Shown: positions 22,265 to 34,400 of the stretch, in pieces
Numbering within the stretch: position 1 is the first letter of the stretch
Layout: each line of letters begins with the position of its first letter
DNA from: Lama guanicoe
Taxonomy: Eukaryota
DNA length: 64,000 nt
Direction of reading: 5' to 3'
Assembly: GCA_013239625.1 (NCBI GenBank)
Contig: MU054212.1
Span: forward strand, 1 to 64,000
Made by a program: the position numbers and the translations under genes
The notes under the pieces: generated by a model
What the model was told of the DNA's origin: nothing
The model's input: only the letters and a program-made list of their open reading frames with translations
The model's database searches: none

Positions 22265-24840
22265 CTTAAAACCAATGAAATCAATGTAGCGAATTGTTGT
22301 TCTTTGAAATATGTATTTTTAAAAGACAAAGTTTTAGCTAGACTGATCAAAAAAACAGAAAGAAGACACAAATTTCCAAAATCAGGAATGCAAGACAGGA
22401 CATCACTACTAACCTTATAGAAATTAAAAGGATTATAAGGAAACATTAAGAACAATTTTATACCAATAAATTAAAAAACTCAGATGAGTGAGATTTGATA
22501 GTTTGTATCTTACAAGGAATCAGTTCATTTTATCAAATATTTAAGAAGGAAAGAATACCAGTTATATGCAATGTCTTCTAGAGAAACAGAAAGACAGGCT
22601 CACTTTGTAAGGCCAGCATTACCTTGATAATCAAAACCAGACAAAAATATAGCAAGAAAAGACAACGACAGACCAATATCCCTCATAAGCATAGACACAG
22701 AAGTCCTCAGAGTTTTAGCAAATTGGATCTAGTAATGCATAAGAAGGAAAACACATTATCTCAGGGATGGAGGCTGATTCAATGTTTGAAACTTAATTCA
22801 TGTAACCATGATATTAACAAACTAAAGGAGAAAAACTACATGATCATCTTAATAGACACAGAGAAGCATTTGACAAAATTCAGTATCCATTCATATTTTA
22901 AATTTAATTTTAAATTAAACTAAAAATAGAGGGAACTTTCCTTGATCTGATAAACTGCATCAACAACAAAAAATCCACAGTTAACATGCTTAATGGTGAA
23001 AGACTGAAAGCTTTTCTCCTAAGATCAGGAATAAGGCAACATCATACTGGAAGTCCTAGCAACAATAAGGCAAGGAAAAGAAGTAACAAGCATTGGAGAG
23101 GAGAAAAAGAAAAAGCTATCTCCATTCACAAATGATTGTGAATGATTATCTACATAGATTATCTACATAGAAAATCCCAAGCAATCTTCTAGAAAGCTCC
23201 TGGAATTAATTAGCAAGTTTAGCAATGTTGCAAGATACATGGCTAGTACACAAAAACTATCACGTATCTATCAACTAGCAATAAAAAATTGTAAATGGAG
23301 ATTACAAAAATAGGACCAGTTACAATAGAGCTAAAAATGCAATACTTAGTTATGAATCTAGCAAAATCTGTTCAAGTTTGGTATGCCGAAAATGATGAAA
23401 TACTGATGAAAAAATCAACAAAGACCTATATAAATGAAAAAATATACTTTGCTTATGGGTTGGATGACAATATTAAGATGTTGATTTTTCCCATATTGAA
23501 TATAGCTTCAATACAATCCCAAGAAAAATATCAAAAGGATTTATGTAAATATAGACAAGCCGATTCTAAAATTTTTATGGAAAAGTAATCAGATAGCCAA
23601 GCCAGTTCTGAAAATGAACAAAGTTGGAGGACTTCATGGTTTGATTTGAAGACTTACTATAAAATCATAGTCATCAAAAGAGTGTGGTGTGGACAAAAGG
23701 AAAAACACGTAGATAAATGAAAAAGACCAGAGAGTCCAGAAATAGAACCACACAAAAATGGTCAATTAATTTTTGACAAAAGTACAAAGCAAGACAATAG
23801 AGAAAGGATTGTCTTTTCAACAAATGGTGTTGGAATAACAGGACATTCATTTACACAGCAAGAATCTTGACCTGAACCTCACAACTTTTTGCAAAAGTCA
23901 AAATGGATCATAGACCTAAATGTAAAATAAAACCATAAAACTTTTAGAAGATCTATGACCTCAAGTTAGGCAGAAGTTTTCTAAATATAATACTAAGAGC
24001 ATGATCGGTAAAAGAAAAAAAATGATAAAATGATTATCAAAATTAAAATCTTTTGCTTTGAGCAAGTCACTGGCTAAGAGAATAAAAGGCCAAGCAACTG
24101 ACTGGGTGAAAATACTTGAAAATTACATATATGATAAAGGACTTATATTTAGAATATATAAAGAGCTCTCAAAACTCAATAATGAGGAAACAAACACACA
24201 GTTATTTAAATTGGCAAAAAATTTTAACACTTCACCAAACAAGACAGCAAAAAAGTACATGCAAGGATGTTTACCATCAATAGTCAAGAGGGAAATGCAA
24301 ATCAAAGCCATAGTGAGACACTACTACACACCTGTTTAGAATGGCTAAAAAACAAGCAGACAAGTAAACCTGACAATACGAAGAGCTGGTGAGCATTCCG
24401 AGCAACTGGAACTTTCATATATTGTTGGTAGGAATGCAAACTGGCAGAGCCCTTTTGGAAAAACTGTTTGGCCGTTTCTTATAAAGTTAAAAATACATTT
24501 ACGAGATGACCCAGCAATTCTACTCTTAGTTAACCAAGAAATGAAAATTTATGTTCACACAAGAATTTGTACATGAATATTTATAGCAGTGCTATTCATA
24601 ATGACCCAAAACTGAAAACAAGCCAAACGTTCTTCAATGGGTGACTGCATAAACAAATTGTGGTACATCCATATAACTGAAATACTTCCTCAGCAGTAAA
24701 AACAATGAACTATTGACACATGCAACAACATGGATGAATCTCAAATGCATTATGCTAAGATAGAAAAGCCAGGCTCAAAAGGTTGCCTAGTAGAAGGCTG
24801 CATTTATACACCATTCTGGAAGAGGCTAAACCATAAGGAC
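22265..24840 (+). mobile_element. L1 (L1MB/MC age): 5'-truncated, decayed ORF2 RT and C-terminal region plus 3' UTR
   Basis: Remnants NHDINKLKEKNYMIILIDTEK (cf. HHINKLKEKNHMIISIDAEKAFDK), KGQATDWVKILENYIYDKGLIFRIYKEL and REMQIKAIVRHYYTP; many stops and frameshifts. Confidence 0.95.
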
Positions 24841-25864
24841 ATGAGGTTTCTGGGCAAGATGACCCATGCCCACGATTGCTGGGGATGGTCCTAGTTTACA
24901 TCTATTATGTTGCCTTCTGTCTAGTTCAGTAATTTCCCTGATTTAAGTTTTAAATGAAGTATTCTTATTATTAATTGCATTAAATAAAGCTGAGTATTTG
25001 GTAAAACTTCATTGGGAGAAGACCTTCTTCCAAGTCTGTCTAGCAGTGACTGGAATTCTCTTAAACATGTTAGGAATTTTGGAAGAAGACTAGAAAGAAT
25101 CCAGCTCTGTTCTCCAGGCTTATTTTTTTCCCCCTTGTTCTTTCTAGATGCAACACAACGAATACCTCCCTTTCGAGGACAGCATGCAGGCTGCTCTGTG
25201 ATAAAATTCAGTGTGGTGGGCATGAGAGGCTCAGAACAGCCAGTGCCTTGTGGTCTAGGGTGTTATTTGCTGCCACCGGTGGTGCTGGTCCCTTGGTGTG
25301 CCGCTACCTGTGCCAGGGCCCAGGCTGTAGCACGCGAGACGCATGAGGCCAAGAGACCACCAGCCTGCCTGCTTCCTCTGTGGGAAACGAAGCAAACGTT
25401 AGGTCAGGTGTGTGGGAAACACGTGCGGGAAATAGAGGCTGGGCAGTTGCTGTGCGAGGCACAGGGCAAATGCCCTTGTTAGAGTGCCAGTGTTACTTAC
25501 CGGACAGTGCATGTCACACATATTGCTTTATTTTTATTGGTTAACACCTGTCTAAAATTTTATAATAAACACTTTCAGCAGCAAGGAAATTAAAAATTAT
25601 TTTTTAAAAAAGTGCATAAGTGCATGTTTAGTGAAAAATTCACTGCTGGACTTCTACTTCCTAAGGAAATTGATGATGAAAGTACGAGTGACACGAAATA
25701 CTGATTGACATTCCGAGCACTGGGGTGTTCATACGTCCAAGACCATTGAGGGGATCCTAGCGCCTGCTTCAGGCAACGGATGTGCACAGTCAGGCCCACT
25801 GGGGACAAGTATGGCACACAGCGAGCTGGCCCACCCTCTCCTTCCTTCCCTCCCTCCTCCCTTC

Positions 25865-26300
25865 TCTCATCATTTTATTATGTGAATTTTCAAAATTACA
25901 AAAAAGTAGAATCATACAATGAACCCTCATGTCCCTGCCATCTAGCTTCTGTATCAATATCAATATCTTGCCAATTTAGTTTCTTCTCCCTCCCTCCAAC
26001 CTTTTATTTACCGAGGTGGTTTAGCATCATCCCAGGATCATGTCACTCCACCCATAAATACTACATTATACCTAACGATTTTTTTTCTGCTAGCAAAACT
26101 AATGCATGTCTATGATAGGGAATTTGGAAAAGCACAAAGGGCAAATTAAAGTTGCCCGCACTCCTACAATCTAAGTCACTGTTAATTTTTTATATTTTTC
26201 TGTCTAGACCTTTAAATTATGCATGCGGGTGCATGTCTGCTACCCAAAGATGCACACATATGCGTGTACACATGTATTCATTCATAGGCATCTATTTAAT
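25865..26300 (-). mobile_element. Old L1M 3' end fragments
   Basis: TTTTATTATGTGAATTTTCAAAATTACAAAAAAGTAGAATCATACAATGAACCCTCATG. Confidence 0.6.
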
Positions 26301-26319
26301 GGATCATATCTATTATAGG

Positions 26320-26700
26320 TTAGTCAGTTAAAAGGCCTTCTGTAGCAAGTAACAGAAAAGCCAATTCCAACTTGCTTAAACCATAAAGGGGACTTTGGGG
26401 CTTTTATGAATGGAAGTTGAGTGGCAGGCAGGCAGGCGTCGCGCCTGGCCTGATCAGCTCCCTGCTCAGCTCTTCTTTTATTCTCTGGTCGTCGCTTGTG
26501 TGTTGATGGGCTCCATTCTCAGGCTGCTTCCCTGCGCCTGCAGGACCAGGGCTACAGGCTGTCATATCCGTCTTCACAGGGAGAAAGAGCATCACTTCTC
26601 TTAGCTTTTGAACAAGAGTCCTGAGCTCTGCTCTGATTGGCTCACTCCTGAGCTAATCACTAAAACAGGAGACCTGGGATTACCCTGCCTGAACAACCAG
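26320..26700 (-). mobile_element. MLT1 solo LTR
   Basis: TTAGTCAGTTAAAAGGCCTTCTGTAGCAAGTAACAGAAAAGCCAATTCCAACTTGCTTAAACCATAAAGGG...CTCTGATTGGCTCAC. Confidence 0.7.
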
Positions 26701-26729
26701 CATCCTTCAGAGCTGAAGCTGGGAGGATA

Positions 26730-26957
26730 CACTCAAACAACAAGCTGGCTATGCAGTGGGGGAGGCATTGAGAGGGACCAGCAATGTTTGAGACAGAGCA
26801 CCCTCATCAGCATGGATATCCAAGAGACTAAGATGGAAAAGCCCTTGGTGTGATCTACATGTGGCACAAGAAAGAAATAGACTTTTACTGTCTTAAACCA
26901 CTGGGCTTTGAGGTTGTTCGTCACTGCAGTAGACCCCGGCCTGCCCTGATTGATACA
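26730..26957 (+). mobile_element. MLT1 LTR 3' part
   Basis: GAAATAGACTTTTACTGTCTTAAACCACTGGGCTTTGAGGTTGTTCGTCACTGCAG...CCTGATTGATACA terminus. Confidence 0.75.
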
Positions 26958-27091
26958 GCAGACACCCATTCATCACTTCTGCTCAGAGGCTCACTCCCTA
27001 GCATCAGATGAGAATGACTATATCCAAGATCACAGGGATTTATCTTCATTGCTCTACACCAGTAATCTTCGTCTTATTATTCTTCCCCATG

Positions 27092-27495
27092 ATTAGTTTA
27101 GAGGCAGGAGGATGGCTCTCTTGTGAGATATAATGGGGGATCTCCCAGGGGCTCCTGAGAAAAGTTGCCCTGGTCCTAGAGGAGAGACCAGAAGAGACAG
27201 TCCTTTGGGCCTCTGGACATTGCTGTCATTGGATGTGGTGCTGGAGCTTTGCAGCCATCCCAAGAAAGTGAAGGGAAACCCCCCGAGGCAAATCTGAGCC
27301 ACTGAAGATGGCAGAGCAGAGTGATGGAAAGAGCCTGGTCCTTGAAGACATTATCCGGGCTTGGGATCAACCGACCCTGAAACCCTCCCTACCTCTGGAC
27401 TTCCTGATAATGTGTGAATATAAAAGTCCTTATTTTAAAGTCAGTTTCAGTCAGTGTTTTATGTTACTTGAACCTGAAAACATCCAAGTGATATA
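27092..27495 (+). mobile_element. MLT1 (J/K-like) solo LTR
   Basis: GAAGATGGCAGAGCAGAGTGATGGAAAGAGCCTGGTCCTTGAAGACAT...CCTACCTCTGGACTTCCTG...AACATCCAAGTGATATA. Confidence 0.8.
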
Positions 27496-28104
27496 TTGCT
27501 CAGCTGATTTCTGTAATGTTATTTTAATTGTCTCTAGAGCATGTCTAGACTATAATATATTTAACAATCCACTGTGACTTAACAGTTAGGCAATTTTCCA
27601 TTTTCAGTCACTATAATATAAAGAGGGTCCCTTTCTGCAAATTGTGCCAGATAAAATTGCAAGCATTTTTCTGTTTCCTAAGAGATGGAGGCCTGCCTCT
27701 TTTTGAACTAGATCTTCCTTTCTTCACCCACTCACTTATATTTTGTGAGTGCCTATCCTGCTGGAGACTCAGGATGGAACAGTAATTTTAAATGGACAAG
27801 ATTGTGGTTCTCGTGTAGTTCATGAGAGCTTGTGTTCCTTTGATTTGGAAAAACCAACCAATAGATGTAAAACTAATTCCCAGCTGTTGGTTCTTGGAGA
27901 AAATATGACAGCAGATGTAGTAGGCTGAGAGATTAAGTGTTCTGATTAGTAGTACAAAGTAAACATACATTTTAGCATGAAGAGTTATGGCTCCAGACTT
28001 TGTAACTTCTTTAGGAAATCTGCAGTTTCCCATGCATGAATTGAAATTACCTATTCCTTACCCAGTTACCTAAATTACCTATTCCTAAAGTATATAAACC
28101 CACT

Positions 28105-28240
28105 TCATTGAGGTCTAACTGACATACAAAAAGCTATAGATATTTAATCCACACAACCTGATGTGCATGGAGATAAGTATACGCCTAGGAAACCGTCACC
28201 ACAATCGAAGCCACAAGCTTATGCATCACCTCGGAACGTC
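28105..28240 (-). mobile_element. L1 extreme 3' end (L1MC-like)
   Basis: TTCATTGAGGTCTAACTGACATACAAAAAGCT...GGAGATAAGTATAC...AACCGTCACCACAATC. Confidence 0.75.
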
Positions 28241-28249
28241 CTCTTACTC

Positions 28250-28775
28250 CACAAATCAAAACCATAATGAGCTATTGCTATCATTAAAAAAAGGACAGGT
28301 GGGAGGAGCATATAGCCCAAGTGCTAGAGCACATGCTGGAGGTCCTGGGTTCAACCCCCGGTACCTCCTTACAAATAAACAAACAAACAAACAAACAAAC
28401 AAACAAACCAACAAACCTAATTACCTCCCGCTACAAAAAAAATTAATTTAAAAATTGAAGGAAAACAAAGGACAAGTGTTGGCAAGGCTGTGGATAAAGG
28501 GAACCCTTTTACACTGTTGGGGGGGGATGAAAAATGGTGTAGCCACTATGGAAAACAATCTGGAGGCTTCTCAAAAAATTAATGATCGAGTTACCACTGG
28601 ATCTAGCAATCCCTCTCCTGGGTATATTTCCGAAGGAACTGAAATCTGGATCTTGAAGAGATATTTGCACTCCCATGTTCCTTGCGACATTATTCACAAT
28701 AGGCAAGATACAGAAACTGGCTAAATGTCTATAAACAGATGAATGGATAAAGAAAATATGATAGATACACAGCAT
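28250..28775 (+). mobile_element. L1 ORF2-end fragment (L1MA/MB-like) interrupted by a SINE
   Basis: CAAATCAAAACCATAATGAG...[SINE]...AAGTGTTGGCAAGGCTGTGGATAAAGGGAACC...GATGAATGGATAAAGAAAAT. Confidence 0.85.
28300..28462 (+). mobile_element. tRNA-Ala-derived SINE (vic-1-like) with anticodon-arm deletion
   Basis: GGGAGGAGCATATAGCCCAAGTGCTAGAGCACATGCT|GGAGGTCCTGGGTTCAACCCCCGGTACCTCC, (AAAC)8, ACCTAATTACCTCCC, A-tail; AAAGGACA on both sides is the likely TSD core. Confidence 0.9.
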
Positions 28776-28789
28776 GTAGAACCTGACTA

Positions 28790-28960
28790 TCTGGGGAAGA
28801 TTCACAGTTCTGCTTCTTGTTTGCTGTGTGATGTTACACAAGTCACTGCTCCACTCTGAGTCCCAACATCCTCATTAACCAAATGCAGAGAGAAAAATGG
28901 TCATTTATTTCATTGACTTAATTTGGAAAATAGCATTATAACGTATGTGAAAGAGCATTA
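28790..28960 (+). mobile_element. MIR fragment
   Basis: GCTGTGTGATGTTACACAAGTCACTGCTCCACTCTGAGTCCC...GTATGTGAAAGAGC. Confidence 0.65.
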
Positions 28961-29039
28961 TTGACTGGGAGACATATCAATTTTAGTTTTTGCTTGTCTT
29001 TTTGAGGTTAGTTAAGGGGGAAATACTTTGAAAACTGAG

Positions 29040-29780
29040 TTCCTAGACATTTGTTGTAAAAAGCAACATGTTTCTATTTTTTATTACACAATGATACATA
29101 ATCATTGTTGGAAAATGAAAACACAGGCTTGCTTGCAAACATGTGCACACACATGCACACTCCCAGTGTCATAGTGTTTGCCCAGTGTCTCACAGACACC
29201 ATTCTGCCCTTGGCTTCTTGTCAATGGAAGACAATGATACTGAACATCTTGTCTTTAGATGGAGTAAAATCTATCAGCATTATCCTTTACATTTTCCTTC
29301 CTTGTGATTCTTCTTAGGAGACCCTTCTCTATTCAGGTTGTGTAAATTTTATTCCAGAAATTTGAGGATTTCTTTTGCAGACATTTAAATTATTAGTCCA
29401 TCTGGAATTACTTTGATATAGGGTAAGAGAGATGTATCATATTTTTGCAAATGGTAATCTGTTTGAAAAATGAGTATCTTTGTAAATGACACTCAACACC
29501 ATTTTTTGAGTGACCCAGCCTCTCATCACTGATTTGAGCTGCAAATTTTTCCATATGCTAAGCTACTAAATATCTTTGGGAATTTTTCCCAATAAGCTAT
29601 CTATTCCACTGAATTGACTGTCATTTGCTCAGTTACTACCACCTGTTTTAATAAACTTCATAGAAAGCTTTAATGTGTAATTAAGTGAGGCCCTCAACCT
29701 TTCTTTTCCAACATCAGTTGACTTTTAGCATGCTTCTTTCTGAAGATCTTGTAGAATCCTTTTATTTCATATTGCAGACA
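29040..29780 (-). mobile_element. Ancient L1ME fragments
   Basis: TCCATCTGGAATTACTTTGATATAGG...CAACACCATTTTTTGAGTGACCC...TCTATTCCACTG resemble antisense L1 ORF2. Confidence 0.55.
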
Positions 29781-30029
29781 TCTATGAAAGTACAGAAAAA
29801 TCTCCAAACACTTAACAAAAGAAAAACTTAAGCCGACAGACAATATAATGCCAGAGGCAGGCTATGCGATTTCTAAAGCCTAAGGAAATTGGAGCTGGAT
29901 TCAGAGAACCTCCAGAAGGTTCGATCCCCACTTGAAAGATTCCCTGGCTTTGCTGCCTCTGAATAGACTCTGAATACGTACACCTCAGCCACTGCAGTCA
30001 GTTTGCATTTTAGTTAGTCTGTTGGTTTT

Positions 30030-30160
30030 TAAATATTGTCTTCCCCACGAGAGTATGAGTGCATGCTGGACAGGGGCTATTTCCTAGGTATCTTTTGTCC
30101 TATTGCACTGTGATCAGGACATAGTAAATGCTCACAGAATGTTTAGTGAATTAATTAATG
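30030..30160 (+). mobile_element. L2 3' end
   Basis: TCTTCCCCACGAGAGTATGAG...GGACATAGTAAATGCTCACAGAATGTTTAGTGAATT. Confidence 0.65.
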
Positions 30161-32279
30161 GTACACAAGCTTCTGCTCTGCAGTTCTCTGGATGAACTCT
30201 TCCTCTGTCTCTGCTGGGGCACAAGGTCCTGGGATGCCTGAGGCTCGCCTGGCCTCCCCAGCGGCTCCTCTGTGTTGCCTGATGAGGTTTGTATTTACAC
30301 GACCTCACGCCACCGCGGGCTGAATTCACAGACCTTTGCTAATGGATTCTTCACTGGCTTCCTTCTTCTGCTTCTTTCCTCTCTGCAGCCTAGCATGGTG
30401 GAGCTATACAGCATCCCTGAAGTAATATGTACCTTGACCGAGGCTGACTCTTTGGCCTTGTCACTCTCTCTCCCCTGAGTCTGAATTCCTCTGGCGGCCT
30501 GGTAGGGAGCGGGCAGTTGAGCAGGTAAAGCTGGCCCCCAGTTCAGCTTATGAGGGGCATCCCTCAGTCCCCTGGTCCTGCTTCTTTACCTCTGTTTCAA
30601 AAAGATGCCTTTCCTCCCTGACCTGCTACACAGGAGGCACTCGACAAATGCTAAATTCTTCCTTTCCATGCCTTCTATTCAGCTCCCCAGGGTAGAGTAT
30701 GAAAAAATGAGGCCTCGTGTCGTCTGTTAACATTTTCAAAAGGATGAAAAAAATCAGGTTGGCTGCTGTGAGGACATGATGAGCTCAAAGGAAAAAATGC
30801 TTCCAAACTGCTTCAGTTTCCATGCCCAAGTAGAGACTGACACCCCGGAATGACCTGATCTAGGCCAGGAGACCTGACCTTGTTTTTGTGAAGGGGAAAG
30901 ATGACTTTGAAGTTTGCAGGCTCCGGGGAGACCAGGAAGTAGGTGCAAGGGGATAGCCGTGGGTGACAAGGCCAGGGACACACGTCACTCTTTGCCAGTT
31001 GATCTTCCTGGGGTTTACTTCACAAGGTCACTGGCAGCTTTTCTCTCTAGTTTCTGGATACCCTTACCGTGTAAAATGAAGAACCAAGGATTTTTTCTTG
31101 ACCCACAGGATGAACTGGTCCAACTGCCAATGGACGGCTCTCTGACTGGGGGCGGCTGCAGGGACACACTGATAGTGACTAACGCAGCCCACACGCCGGT
31201 ACAGGCTGCTCCTCCGTGGCCCATCCAGCTCTGGGATTGCTTTTAAAGGAGGAAAGAAAAGAGAGCCGAGTGTTGAGTTCTCGCTCTCCAGTCTTCTCTG
31301 TCATTCCATAGCAATTTTATTTGGCTTAAAGTGGAACTTAAGAGAAGTCCTAAAACCCATCAACACAAGTCACTCTGAGGGCTGGGGACAGTTTCCAGGC
31401 ATCGTGTGCTGTTGCCCACGACACCTCTGTCTGGACGCAGCCAACGGCCATCGGGGAGCTCTCGGGCGGAACCTCCCCATCACACCTCCTGCCCCTGATT
31501 CCCATCCTTCCTGAAGGTGCTGCCTCCCTGCAGAGCTTCCGAGCACCCCCTGCTCTCCTTTAGACGGCGAGCCCAGGCCCAGGCCCAGCTGGGCATCGTC
31601 TGCCCAGAGGCCGGTAGCTGGGCCACCTGTCTGCTCAGCCCGCTTCCTGCCTGGCTGGCTTTCCTGGTTGTCGCTGTCTGTTCGCGGTGGAAACCCTGCT
31701 TGCTCAGCCCGTGGGAGGGAATATTCTCTCCAGCCCTCAGGCCTGTGTATTCTGCTTGAGAAAGAGCAATTTGGGTTGATTTCCTCTCCAGAACCTGGAG
31801 CAAGACTTTACGGGCTTCTTCTGGATTGAGGCAGGTACAGAGAGCGCAGGCCTGGGGTCAGCGTTGGGTGACAGTGTCCCCATCTATTTGGATATTGACC
31901 TTGGACCTCACATCTTAGGAGGGTGCACTGACAGTCTGAAGAGCGGCCCTGCCGCAGATTGGGCGGGTTCATCTTTGGCCAAGCCTGCAGCTTTGCAGCG
32001 GGGGCGGAGGAAGGGGCACTTGTGCGAGTTGTGGCAAATTAATTCTGGTGACAGTGGGGTGACACGTTGTAGCCAGATCTCCCTCTCGTACAGGGACAGA
32101 TAACAGCTGAACATCACACAGCTGACCCGAGTGTTTGCCTCTTGTAGCTCTGGAGGTAAGTGAGGAACAAATGTCCAAGAGTGCTTTACGATTGCCTGCC
32201 CGGGCCGGACTATGCTCGCATTCTCCACGGATGAAAGGGTGGTGCTCACCAGGGCCCACCGCATGCCGGGTCTCAGATG

Positions 32280-32425
32280 TTACCTTGTGCCAATCTTACA
32301 AACCACATCTTCGGAACAAAACTTACAACATTGTACCCTATTGCTCATTTTCCCTTTCCTTCCATTTTGTTAGAGAAACTGAGGCTCAGAGAGGTGCAGT
32401 GACTTGCCCATGGTCACAGAGCTGA
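32280..32425 (-). mobile_element. MIR fragment
   Basis: CCATTTTGTTAGAGAAACTGAGGCTCAGAGAGGTGCAGTGACTTGCCCATGGTCACAGAGCT. Confidence 0.85.
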
Positions 32426-32639
32426 ACTTGGATCATGTCATATACTTAGAAGGTGGTGTCTGAATGCTTTTGGGGGATGAAATGTAACTTCAAGAAAAGT
32501 AAAACACAGAAGGCTTTGTGCTTTCCTTCATTTGTTACTTGTTGGTTTACTACCTCTCAGGAGCAGAGCTTTACGTTTTAGTATCGTCCTAATTGATCAT
32601 TCCTTGGAAAAGCTGTGTGTGTTGTAGTTTTGAATTTTC

Positions 32640-33010
32640 TCCTTCATCTCCCATCCCCGTTTCTTTTTCCCCGAGAGGCACCGCACTGCTCTGCTTGGTA
32701 CATGTCCGTGGGTGTGTGTGTCTACGACTACATCCTTGAAAATACATATGGCATTATTTTACATGGGGGTGTATGTTAAATTGTAAACATGGCATTTCCC
32801 TATTTCTTTCTTTTTACTCAATGATTTTAAGTTCTCCGTATGGTGCTTTATAGCCGTCCGGCTCATTGCTCCTGAGCACTACATTATATTTCATGGTGTA
32901 CGCCTACACGTCCCTAATGATGGGAACCTGGGCCATCTTCACCTCTCTGCTACACTGTTAATGTTGTGATGGGCATCCCTGGACATGTGGGAGTTTCTCA
33001 GGGGGAAATA
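32640..33010 (-). mobile_element. L1ME 3' fragment
   Basis: TTTCTTTTTTACTCAATGATTTTAAG...ATTATATTTCATGGTGTAC...CCCTAATGATGGGAACCTGGG. Confidence 0.6.
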
Positions 33011-33919
33011 TCAAGTCACTGTACTTTCTGTGGCAGGTCAAAGCTTGAAAGGAGAGCTGGACAGCTGGAGATGGTGTAATATTTATTTTAAATGCAACCA
33101 ATAGGAACTGGAAGGCACCCCCATTAAAGGGACTGCTCTACAAAGAGAACCATTAAGATGAATGTAAATCACAGTAGCTTCAGGGACAGTTTAATAACAA
33201 TCTGACTTTTTATTGGGTGAGCAGGAGACGTGCCAGCTTTCTCCTTACAGACTCTTCTGGATCTTTTGCAGAGAGAGATTCTATCTGAACTGCTCTCCAG
33301 ATTACCGAGGGCAGAGGGCTGCTCTGGGAGTAATGGCCATAAATCCAATTAGTAACTCACTTTCTCTTTTGCCACAGGCTCCATTTCCCCTAAACACAGA
33401 GAAGATAATTTCAAACTCTGGAACCTGGTAAATCCTGAGGGCTCCGTGATACCAATCGGGCCACGGAGACACCCAGGTTTCTCGCACAAGAAGAAGAGCT
33501 GGGATGCTGCACCCTCCGAGGAAGGGAGTGGAAGAGGTGGCGTGGGCCCCCTCGCACTGTGTCCTGCAAGCTTGTGTATCGCTTCGCACAAAAACGAGTT
33601 CCTGTGTTACATGTGAAATGAGGGAATGGAGGAAAAAACCTTTAGGGGTCTCTAGAGAATTTTAGCAAGATTAGAGATCATAGAAACCCCACTTTTTATG
33701 GCATTGTTTTACGTAGGGGTTTTCCTCTGAGACTGAAAAAAATGTACCCTGAGAACAGCTTACCTGGAGGATGGAAGCCTTCACGCAGGGTACTTTCCTC
33801 CTCTTGTTTCATCCTCATTTGTTACAAACTGGTTTCTTGTGGGTTGGTAGTTTTGTTAAAATCACGAGTGAAATAAAGATATGAATGAGTAAGTTATATT
33901 TTGCCTGAGCTTATAGAAA

Positions 33920-34130
33920 AAAGCACAGAGGCTTTGGGTCTGAATCCCAGATCTGTCCTTTACTAGTAACCTTGAGTAAATGATCCAACCCTCTGAAGCT
34001 TTAGTTTCACTATTTAAAAAAATATGAATGCTATATAGTTCACATGATGACTGTGAGGATACTGTAAGGAGAGTTTTCAGGACAATGCCTGGCACATGGC
34101 TAGAACTCAATAAGGATGTTTATTCGTATT
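33920..34130 (+). mobile_element. MIR SINE
   Basis: TGGGTCTGAATCCCAGATCTG...AACCTTGAGTAAATG...CAATGCCTGGCACATGG...CTCAATAA. Confidence 0.85.
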
Positions 34131-34209
34131 TTAACAGGTGCATATTTATAATTATTATTTTCCCTCAGATGACTCCAGAGATGAATGAGGTATATGTTAG
34201 GTAAACCGG

Positions 34210-34400
34210 TGTCTTGAATTCCTCAAAAGCAGAGCCTGAGAGGAGGATCTGTGTGCAGTGTTTATTCAGAAGGTGATCCCTGAAAGTGCAGTGTGGAAGG
34301 GAGTCCAGGAGGAGAAGAAAGCCAACAAATGGGCCTCTGTGGGCAACTGGACACCAGCTGGGACCTTCCGAGGGTGGTGTGGTGGGCACCAACAGCATCT
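34210..34400 (-). mobile_element. LTR16-like (ERVL) LTR remnant
   Basis: TGTCTTGAATTCCTCAAAAGCAGAGCCTGAGAGGAGGATCTGTGTGCAGTGTTTATTCAGAAGGTGATCCC. Confidence 0.65.

Noticed and set aside
22624..24339. RT-like ORF fragments as a functional or domesticated gene
   Set aside because: Ordinary decayed L1 ORF2 with many stops, frameshifts and a disrupted catalytic motif.
34169..34189. 21-nt microexon candidate (TCCCTCAG|...GAG|GTATAT)
   Set aside because: Weak donor, wedged between a MIR and an LTR, with no partner coding exons.
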